Shown: piece after piece, positions 1-9,100 of the stretch
Numbering within the stretch: the first letter of the stretch is position 1
Layout of the letters: every line of letters begins with the position of its first letter
Source: a virus
Taxonomy: Duplodnaviria; Caudoviricetes
DNA length: 25,943 nucleotides
Reading direction: 5' to 3' (one strand)
IMG/VR virus record: IMGVR_UViG_3300020442_003920
Coordinates: 1-25,943 of that record
Translations under genes and position numbers: made by a program
The notes under the pieces: model-generated
The model's database searches: none
Told to the model about the DNA's origin: nothing
Seen by the model: only the letters and a program-made list of their open reading frames with translations

Positions 1-471
1 AGTAATAAGTCTACTCAAGTCTTCCAAATATGTCTTTGTCATTGTATAATTTAAAAGATCAAGTGCTCCGTAGTAATATAAGTCATTCAGAAACAATTGA
101 TATTTGATATTGAACAATCCACTAGAAATAGTGCTATTGTCCATTTTGAATACCTTTTCAACACCCAAAACATGATCAGGAAGTTGAAGGAAGTTTTGTC
201 CCTCTGTCCAATCAACAGAAGTCACACCAACAGTTGATGTTGCTGTGGTGGTAGTAATTCCAGCTTTTAGTGTTTCTTTTTCAGCAGCAGTGATCTTGTG
301 CTTTAAGTATACTCTTTGAATTCCGTCGAAATGATAATCTTGGAAATGCTGAATAGCGTCATCTACCAAATCATCAATCTGGTCATCGTCTACATTAATT
401 TCCAAGACAGGGTAACCCAGTCTCCTAAGACAATAATCAATTAGTTCTTGCCTGGTACTGGGTTTACTCAT
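1..471 (-). CDS. gp13: Neck (head-tail adaptor) protein gp13, N-terminal part; runs off the window edge
   Basis: Not in the ORF track. ATG at 471 overlaps the upstream stop (ATGA). The frame is open to position 1: MSKPSTRQELIDYCLRRLGYPVLEINVDDDQIDDLVDDAIQHFQDYHFDGIQRVYLKHKIT..., the typical T4-like gp13 N-terminus (LRRLGxPVxEINV, YHFDG). Confidence 0.93.
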   Translation of the reverse strand, partial: MSKPSTRQELIDYCLRRLGYPVLEINVDDDQIDDLVDDAIQHFQDYHFDGIQRVYLKHKITAAEKETLKAGITTTTATSTVGVTSVDWTEGQNFLQLPDHVLGVEKVFKMDNSTISSGLFNIKYQLFLNDLYYYGALDLLNYTMTKTYLEDLSRLIT

Positions 472-656
472 TCTTCGATACCTGCTTCCTGGTATTTATC
501 TGGTGGTATTTGATTGAACTTCTTCTGCAACTCAAGATACTCTTTGTTTAGAGATTCGAGTTTAGATTCTAATAGAATATTCTGATTCATTAATGAAGAA
601 ATTTTAGAATGATAATTTCTAATCAAAATATTCACATCAACATCACTACTATTCAT
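468..656 (-). CDS. Small coiled-coil hypothetical protein (62 aa)
   Basis: Fills the gap between the fibre gene and gp13 and is coupled to gp13 by an ATGA overlap. Heptad-like segment ISSLMNQNILLESKLESLNKEYLELQKK. Confidence 0.8.
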   Translation of the reverse strand: MNSSDVDVNILIRNYHSKISSLMNQNILLESKLESLNKEYLELQKKFNQIPPDKYQEAGIEE

Positions 657-661
657 AATTG

Positions 662-2263
662 TCAGAATGTTCCTCCATCTAATGTATCAGTCCACATTGG
701 TTTACTGGTATAGACTACAGTTCTTGAACTTGGTGTAATGGAAATACTAGCACCATTTACAACCAAGTCATTAGTTGTGTCAAATGTTCCTTGCTCACCA
801 ATGATTGTTAAAGTAGTTCCTGCAGTGATTGAAGTCTTACAAACACCATATGCAGAACTATTATTTTGCTGAGTGATTTGAGCACCAGCAGCGATTGTTG
901 CTCCTGAAGGTAATGCAAGAGTAACCTCAGTGACAGCAGTCAGAATCTGTGTAGAAGTTCTGGTGCTTGTTGCTGTGCCAGGACCATCAGTAGATGATTG
1001 CAGACCATTAGCATCGAAGAACACGACACCATGAGTTGCAAAATCATTAGTCTGATAGTAGATACCCTTGATATCAAGGAAACCTCTAGTACCAGATACA
1101 ACACTATTGGTTACAGTTGCATCAGGAATGTATGTCCACGCTCTAGCAATGGCAGAACTTCCTTCTCCAGTGCTATCGTTGTAACCAAAGAATCCAGTTT
1201 TATTATTTGCAACACCAGATCCAGTGTTATAATCGAATGAAATACCACGGTCTGTATTGGTATCAAATCCGTGAGTGATTGTTACTTGAGTTGCTGTTGA
1301 AATGCCAGCATTTGTTGTACCAGTGAAGGTTACAACTTTACTTGATGTATCATAAGAAGCGACTGTACCAATACCAGAAGCATCAATACCAGTTGCTGCA
1401 ATTTGATCTCCAGTGTTAATACCAACAACTGAATCCAGTTTAATTGTAGATATACCGACCGCAACAGTTGCTAAAACTGTTCTGGTGCTGGTTACATCTC
1501 CAATGTTAAAGATGGAATCGTTGACCGTAACATTATTTGAGTTAACGGTAGTTGTTGTACCATCAACCTGCAGGTCACCTTTAACAACAACTGTACCTTC
1601 GTTACTCAGACCATCGGGATATGGGTCAATATAGAGAGTGTTTCCACTTCCTGATGTTGTCTGAATTACATTGGATGAAATTCCAACAGAACCAAATGTT
1701 ACTGGATTATTGAATGTAACATTTACACCAGTTCCAAAGTTCCAATCAGCACCTGTGACGAGAACTTTATCTGTGCCATTTTCATCATATTCAATTTTGG
1801 CATCTTTATCATTACCAAAACTGAGATATGTATCATCAGCAATATTTACTTCACCAGTTCCATTAGTGACAAACTTGATGTCACCATTAGAGTCATTTGA
1901 ATATATTGTGTTTCCATCAAGAGTCAGATTATCAACTGACCATTGATCTACTCTTGGTAATCTGGCGACATTTCCTGTTCCTCCAGGATTACCAGAATTT
2001 CTAGTGTCCAGGACTGCAACAAATCCATTATCTGGAGTTGTTGGGTTATCTTGACTCGCAACCAGTCCTGGTGCAATACTTAGTAAGTCTGTGTAGTATC
2101 GACCACCAACTACCTGTGCGTTCTGTGCATTATCACCAGCAAAAAGTCTTCCGCCTTTATTGCCGTAAGTACCTACACCAACTGTAAGTCCAAGTTCACC
2201 AAAATTAAGACTAGCGGGAGCAACTACGCCCGTAGATCTTTTTACTCGTATAATGCTTGCCAT
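662..2263 (-). CDS. Fibre/whisker-like virion protein with an Mtd_N-type N-terminal domain (533 aa)
   Basis: N-terminus IRVKRSTG..APASL.FGELG resembles the major-tropism-determinant N-terminal domain. G/T/V-rich beta repeats (DNLTLDGNTIYS, VVKGDLQVDGTTTTVNS), a DRGISFDY..KTGFFGY motif and the C-terminus WTDTLDGGTF. It sits just upstream of gp13, where T4 has wac. Confidence 0.75.
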   Translation of the reverse strand: MASIIRVKRSTGVVAPASLNFGELGLTVGVGTYGNKGGRLFAGDNAQNAQVVGGRYYTDLLSIAPGLVASQDNPTTPDNGFVAVLDTRNSGNPGGTGNVARLPRVDQWSVDNLTLDGNTIYSNDSNGDIKFVTNGTGEVNIADDTYLSFGNDKDAKIEYDENGTDKVLVTGADWNFGTGVNVTFNNPVTFGSVGISSNVIQTTSGSGNTLYIDPYPDGLSNEGTVVVKGDLQVDGTTTTVNSNNVTVNDSIFNIGDVTSTRTVLATVAVGISTIKLDSVVGINTGDQIAATGIDASGIGTVASYDTSSKVVTFTGTTNAGISTATQVTITHGFDTNTDRGISFDYNTGSGVANNKTGFFGYNDSTGEGSSAIARAWTYIPDATVTNSVVSGTRGFLDIKGIYYQTNDFATHGVVFFDANGLQSSTDGPGTATSTRTSTQILTAVTEVTLALPSGATIAAGAQITQQNNSSAYGVCKTSITAGTTLTIIGEQGTFDTTNDLVVNGASISITPSSRTVVYTSKPMWTDTLDGGTF

Positions 2264-2266
2264 GGC

Positions 2267-2494
2267 TTAGAAATTTCCTCCATTGATGTCCAAATTCTGG
2301 GTCGCTCCAGGCGTTAGTTCTAATGTTGCTTCCCACTTTGATGTAGTAGAATTATAAACAAGAACCATTCCGTTCTGTACACCACCTGAAATATCAACAT
2401 CACTTAATGATCCTAATGTTCCGCCTCCACCAGAGAATGAAGAAAGAACTTTAACAGCATTTTGTGATCCAACTCTTACTTTGATGTCTGCCAT
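2267..2494 (-). CDS. Small fibre-associated protein (75 aa) with a phage tail-fibre repeat
   Basis: LGSLSDVDISGGVQNGMVLVYNSTTSKWE matches the L-x-x-L-x-D-V...G-x-V-L-x-Y-N...W fibre repeat. Ends LDINGGNF. Tight spacing to both neighbours. Confidence 0.75.
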   Translation of the reverse strand: MADIKVRVGSQNAVKVLSSFSGGGGTLGSLSDVDISGGVQNGMVLVYNSTTSKWEATLELTPGATQNLDINGGNF

Positions 2495-2499
2495 ATGTT

Positions 2500-2838
2500 T
2501 TAACTTGTGGTAACTCCAGCAGTAACAATCGCACTACCTTCAACTACTCTAGTTTTAATAGAACCATCACTAATCAGAACATCATATACATATCTACCAG
2601 GTTTTAATCCGTTAGTCACTGTTGATCCTAGAGAAATTCTCAATTGCCCCTGTGTGGGAGATGGGAACGATACGGCAAATGTTGCAGTTGTTGTCAATGA
2701 TGATGGATGCTTCTTCATGAGTGAAGAACCAGTGTAACTTGTTAAATCAAGAGGAGCATTTCCAGAGTCTTCAAGATTGAATGTCTGAATAAAATCAGTT
2801 CCAACATCGATTACAATATTGCTTACATATGCTGCCAT
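2500..2838 (-). CDS. Small beta-sandwich virion protein, BppU N-terminal/Ig-like (112 aa)
   Basis: NIVIDVGTDF...PLDLTSYTGSSLMKK...GQLRISL...LKPGRYVYDVLI...RVVEG pattern typical of this family. Preceded by a perfect late promoter. Confidence 0.78.
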   Translation of the reverse strand: MAAYVSNIVIDVGTDFIQTFNLEDSGNAPLDLTSYTGSSLMKKHPSSLTTTATFAVSFPSPTQGQLRISLGSTVTNGLKPGRYVYDVLISDGSIKTRVVEGSAIVTAGVTTS

Positions 2839-2868
2839 TACTACAATCAGTTGGGATCTATCTCTAGG

Positions 2869-2876
2869 TATTTATA
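2869..2876 (-). promoter_or_regulatory. T4-type late promoter (gp55 sigma) TATAAATA
   Basis: Perfect TATAAATA on the minus strand, intergenic, 30 nt upstream of the ATG at 2838. Confidence 0.85.
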
Positions 2877-2878
2877 AA

Positions 2879-3103
2879 TCATTTTTTCACAATAGATTGG
2901 AGGAGTTCCTTTATCTCTTCTAAATCAGATTTCATTGTATTAACATCATCTTTGAGTTTTTTCATTTCCATCTTTTCCTTGTACTTTGTCTCGGAAAGTT
3001 TCATAAATTTGTCAAATTCAGTTTGATTCTGATTTACGATAGCATTAGAATCCACATCCCTGACTAGGGATGTGTCCGATTCCACTTTCAAATAATTATT
3101 CAT
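2879..3103 (-). CDS. Small hypothetical protein with a C-terminal coiled coil (74 aa; start revised from 3127 to 3103)
   Basis: MNNYLKVESDTSLVRDVDSNAIVN... followed by the heptad run LKDDVNTMKSDLEEIKELLQSIV. The ATG at 3103 gives an 8-nt coupling overlap with the upstream stop, rather than 32 nt. Confidence 0.8.
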   Translation of the reverse strand: MNNYLKVESDTSLVRDVDSNAIVNQNQTEFDKFMKLSETKYKEKMEMKKLKDDVNTMKSDLEEIKELLQSIVKK

Positions 3104-6100
3104 CTGTTGAGAATGATCTGAGGGCAACTGCTCTGAAGTTCTTGATTCTAGGTGCTTGTGCTTGGTTTGTAGATGTCATAACCACTTTAATCATGAATCC
3201 ATTAAACTGAGGAGTATTTTCAGCAGTAAACTTGTACTCACTGAATCCATTTTCAGATTCATTTGGATTTACAACCTTATCGGAAGAACCATCAGAGTTG
3301 AATGGAATATATGCTTGTAAAGCATCATCCATATCTTTTCTAAACAATTTATAGAACACACGGATATCAGCAGATGCTTCTCTATGTCCATCAAATTGTA
3401 CAAAGAGTGAGTTTGAAGTAAATTCAAGTTGAATCTTCTTGGTTTCGTAAATTCCAGCGTTAGGATCTGCACCAGGAGTTCTAACTCTTGCATCAGTTTC
3501 ATAGTCTGAAACCTTACTATTGACAAGGTTACTGACTGCGATAATATTTGTTGTTTCTAGATCGAGCAGAGGAGATACATCTGGGTTTGATGTCTGCATC
3601 AAGAATTCAAGAGCGAATGATTTATTACCACCAAGTAATCCAGATTCATTTACTTTAGAAGCAACAATTCTTGGACTATCAAGACGATTGAGTTTATTAA
3701 GAGTTACTGGTTCATAACCTAAATCTTGGAATGATGCCTCAGATCCACTAATGCTTGTTCCTGATGTGGTTTTGATTCTTGCAGAAACAGTTGTTCCTGA
3801 AGGATTGACCATATTGAATGATGGATTGATATATTCAAATGGAATGTTCTGAGAAACCTGAACATTGTTACCGCCACCAGCTCTAGTTGTTCCGAATGAC
3901 TTGCTGGTATCGACAAGTCTTACATGATAACTATTAAATGTCTTTTCTCTAGGATCAATATTATGTTCTCTATTGATCTTCAGCAGTGATACAGAATTGA
4001 ACTCATATTTGAATACATTTGTATTTCTAGCATGATTTGATTTGATGCTGGAATCTACAACTCTATTTTTAATTGTAATATCATTTCCAGAAATTGTTTC
4101 ATAAGAAATAATTTCCTTATTGATCAGCAAGTAACCAGTATTTGCGGAACCGACTGGTGATCCTTCAAATGTAGCAAATGCGGAACCATCAGCAACTTTG
4201 ATAATATTATTTGTATTATCATCAACTGCTGCAGTAAGTGTGGTTGGTTTTACATCACTTTGTACATCATAGACTCTAAGTTTATTTGTACTTGCGTGCA
4301 TACCATGATTGTGGTGATCAAACAGCATTGTTACACCATCTCTGATTGCATCATTAGTGACTGCTGTTGGAGCAGTCATATTAGCACCAACTCCTGCACT
4401 ATTGAAGTAAGTATATGCAACACCAGCAGAAATGTTAGAGTCAACATCATCAACAATAAGTAAGTTTGTTGTTGATACAATTCCAACTGTTACTCTTACT
4501 CCAGATCCAGTTGCACCAATTGGGTTAGCAAGGAGAAGATCTCCAACTGCATATCCAGATCCAGCAGAGGTAACATTGATTGAAGAAACCGCGCCGCCAC
4601 CAACTACGACTGTAGCAACAACAGAACTTCCAACTCCAGTCAGTGATGTAAACTCAACTCCAGTGAATGTTCCATTTGTAAGTCCAATTCCAGCAGAAGT
4701 AAGTGTGAGTGAATTTGTATTTAAACCAAGTGGACCACCAACTGATACAATCTTACCGCTATTTGCACCCTGTCTAATTTCATTACCAGCAACAAATGTT
4801 GTGGTTGTATCGGCAATCGAAACTCTTTGTCTCTTGGAATATGCTGTGACTGGGTTATTCTTTCTGATTCTTCCAAGTGGAAGTTCGCTATTGTAGAAAA
4901 TAAGGGAAGATGGAGTATTAGTTACAAACTTAGCTTTATTAAGTTTGAACTTAAGGTCTTCTAACTGACTTGGAGTCCAAGTAGACTGGTTTTGAGACTT
5001 AAACAGAGATCCAAGATATGGTTGTCTATTGTAGACTGCTTTGAGAAGAAGATCTTCTTCACCCATTCGAGTAATGAATGTCAAATACTTCTCTGTTGGT
5101 GCAATCAGAACCAGAGAATACTCATATCCTGACTGAAGATATACAGGAGAGTTAAACTTGAAGTTGGTTGCAACACTACCATCATCAGATGTTTTAATAT
5201 CTGATGGTTCAATATTTACTTGACCAAATGGTACAACAGTTGTTGTTGGAGTACCATCTCTCATAGTTCTGATTTGAACCGTTACTGGAATAGTATTGTC
5301 CTTAGTCTTAAAGTACAGATCACCACCAGTGATAAAGACTCCATCAGATTTACCATCAGTATCAACTAAGAATGATTGAGCAAGAGGATCATACCATGCA
5401 CCAAAAGTGGTTTGTTCTTGGGTGATAGTTTCTCTTGTGAAATCTTGAGTAATTCTTGAAACTGGTTGATCTGTGCCAATTTGTCTTCTTTCTACTTCTG
5501 GTGTCTTAATAGAAAGAGTTTGTTCTTGAACATTTCTGGCATATCCAGTTGCAACATAATCAGTCTCTGCAGAACTTTCACCTGGATCGAGTTTAGCTGG
5601 ATTGGAAGCAACTGTTGTCAGTCTGATTGTATTTGTTCCAGTTGTAAACTTAGGATTTGAAGCGATCTTAGGATCTGGAATGTGAAGTGAGAATCTCAAT
5701 TCACCTTTTTGATCCGTAACGAGATCTGTTCCTGTTACCTTTGCTTCAGCAGTGCCAGTTAAGTTAACAAGAGACATTCCCTTCTTAACATATCCAAGAT
5801 GGTCTGGTCTTACTTGACTTGCAAGTCCAGGAAGATCAAGATTTAATTCTGTAGAAGTTCCAGAATAAGAAGAAGATTTATTTGCTAATTTCTTTGCTGG
5901 TTTATTGAATGGTCCTTCTTCATGATCATGAGTGGCAAGACGGAATCTAATAGATGCTGACCCAGATTTATATCCACCAACATTATCAACAATATCACCA
6001 GTTTTGAATGAACCTCTAACCATTTCAACTTTCAATTCTTTTGGAGTTGCATATTCATTCATGTCAACATTTTCCATGAAGACATAGTATCTTGTATTTG

Positions 6101-9100
6101 GTTTCAGTCTCTTAGCAACGACTTCCAGATTTCTTGTACGACAGTTGTGTACGACATCAACACCTACAACTCTTTCTCCAAGACTAATTCTTTCTTCACC
6201 AGCAGAAAGTTGGAATCCGAAAGTTCTTTCCGTTCCAGTTTCCTGAATAGTTTGAAGTCTTTCACGCTGAAGAGTTACATTATCAGTTGTAACTCTACGA
6301 ATTGGTGGACGACCACCCCTTCTTTGAATCCTACTACGAACTCTTTGTCTATCTAATTCTGTATCAGTTACTTGTTCATCAACAACTTCACGACCAGTCC
6401 ATGTCTGTTCTGCAGAGTTCCAGAAACTTGCAGACATACCACCATTTTCACGGTCTTCAACACCAAGAAGATCTGCCATTCCATTGAACACAGAATCAAC
6501 TCTAACAATGTCTGGAGTTGGGAGAACCACTTCTTCAATCCAGAAGTCTGAAGCAGGATTCAGTTCAATAGCACCAGCAAAGAGTGCAATGTGGAATGGA
6601 TTAAGGTTTTCAGTTCTTGTTGCCAGAGGTTGTTCGACAAAAGTTACCTCTTCAAATGCAAGAGTTAAACCCGTGCCATTTCTAGTGACATTACTATCGG
6701 CAAAGTCTTCTGCCCAACGATAATCAGCATTTACAGGATCTGCTGCTGTTGAAACAGTTTCAAATTGAAGTGCGACATTTCTTTCTGTGGATCTTGGACG
6801 ACACTCACCACGCTCCATATCAATATCAAAGAATGAATCACCTTCTAAGTTATGGGATTCATGATTTCTGAAGTTATCAACAAAGAATCCTGACTTAAAT
6901 TTATCTAAACCTGTATTTGGATCTTTAATTGAAAGGTTCTTTGTATCAGTCTCAAGTAATGAGAGTGTTGTATAATTTTCAAGATTTTTAACTCTATGCT
7001 CAAGTCCACCAATGTCTCTCATAGTGAATCTCTTATGAGAAATCATTCTCAGTTGAGAATCATAAGTTGCATTACTCATGTAAGGTTGCATTGAGATCAC
7101 ACCGACCTCAAATCCTTCACTATTTGCAACAGGTGCCTTTGGATATTCTGAAGGTTCACCCTCTTTGAGTTCGAATGCTCCTTCCTTAGTAAGATAAAGT
7201 CTATCTATTCTTCCAAGATAATACTCATAGTCAAGTACAATGGTTTTATTTGTTACTGCTGTTTCAGATCTTGTGGATGTAAAAAGTCTAGATTCAAAAC
7301 TGAATGGAGAATCTGTAGATGTAGATGGATCGTATGCATCTATTCTTGGTCTTAAATCGATAAAGTCAGATGCTCTTTTGTCAAGAACAAGTGGAATTTG
7401 ACTCTTATAATCAAGAGAATTGTAACTATTGACAGATTCTACAGTTCCTGTGCTTTCATCTGTTGAGAAGAAGTCAAAAATAATTCTTATTTTTCTTGTT
7501 GGTTCTGGAGCGTCAGACTTTCTGGTAATTCTTGCAAAATCGCAAAATTCTTCTCTATGACCGTCATCAAAAATATAATTAGAAGTAATATTTCTATCAC
7601 CAATATTAACTGTATTAAGAATGGCAGTAATCCCAGACTCACTTAATGCAATTTGTTCTTCTAATTCAAATGTCTTATCATTTTCATATACAAAGTCTAA
7701 CTGTGTGCCACTAACAATACTTACAACTCTAGCAACTGCTCCAGAAGAAGATCCAATAAATGTTTCTCCAATAATTACATTATTTGTAAATGTATCACTC
7801 TGAGATGAAACAACAATTGAAGGTAAATCTGGATTTGCAGTGTCATTTGACTCAAATATTCCTAAAATTTCAAGAGCGTCAGGAACATTTAAGGAAATTG
7901 TGTCATCTTGAACTCTAGTTCCATACACTGCACTGAATGTCAGTCCATCATTAAAAGTTGTAGATCCAATACCTGCTCCAGCATTTTGAGACCTGTCTAT
8001 GATAAGATCAGAACATCTAGTAACAGTTTTTACCTTTGATGTTAACTTAGTTCTCTTTGCAGTTACAGTTAATGTTGCATTTCCAGTTCTTGACAGATTG
8101 ATAATAGTAATCTGCTTTAAATCTGCAGTAATAGTTACCTGAGAACTTCTAATAAGTTCTTTCTCACCTGTTTGCCAAGTTAAGATGTAATTATTTTCAG
8201 TAAATGGTTCTAGAATTAAATCATTATCTCCTAGATCATTTATATTGAAGGAGAAAGAAGTTCCTGTTACATTTCCAGTAATTTGCTTTCTTACAATATA
8301 GTTACTATCAAGTAAATTTATAGATGATACAAATGGATTTTGCAGACTGATAATTTTTCCTGCATCATCTGCTTTTTCGAGGAATGGAACAATTACATCA
8401 AAGTCGGTAACTGTTATAGTTGTTCCTGGTAATGTACCATCACAGACACCTGCAACAGAAGGAACTGCTACAAGACTTAATGTACCACTATCGACACCAG
8501 AGGCAACTCTGTTGAAAGTTGGAAGAGTTCCACTTGGTTTTGAGTATCTAACAATATCACCTACTTTAACTAAAGAACTAAAATTAGATACACTAGGTGA
8601 AGTAGCAGCACCACCAGAAGTAATTGAAAATTGACTCGATTCTGTAAATGATTTCTTATCACTAATCAGTGCAGTATTTGCAGCAAAAGTAGATAAACCA
8701 ACAGTTCTGCCGATTGACTTTACATCAGAAATATCGTGATCTGAAAGTGCTGTGATATTTCTACCTACATCAAGTCCATCAATTTCAATTGGTTCATTGA
8801 GTTGGAATTGACCACTTACATCTGTCAACTTCAATAAAGTTGCATTGGATACTGCAGCATTGGTGATTCCAGTTGCTCCACTAAACTTTCCTTTTACATG
8901 AGCAGCATTTTGTGCTGTTAATGCAAATCCAACAGTAACATTTGTAAATGTTTGAATATCAAAAAGTTTTAAATCGTATCTAGATGTTCCTACGCCTGAA
9001 ATTGATTTTTGATTGTAATCATAAACTCTTGCTTTTCCGATTACATTACCAGCAGTGGGCAATCCAGTATTAGCGAGTCTTTCGTCTCTTAAGTCTACAA

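Noticed and set aside
662-2263. Diversity-generating retroelement suggested by the Mtd_N-like N-terminus
   Set aside because: No reverse transcriptase, no template/variable repeat pair and no C-type lectin C-terminus are visible in the window.
3104-3127. 82-aa version of the small ORF starting at 3127
   Set aside because: It needs a 32-nt overlap with the end of the VrlC-like gene. The ATG at 3103 gives a typical 8-nt coupling.
5380-5740. Local cluster of GATC sites
   Set aside because: Plausibly due to GAT-C and GGA-TCT codon pairs. Enrichment cannot be established without a codon-aware count.
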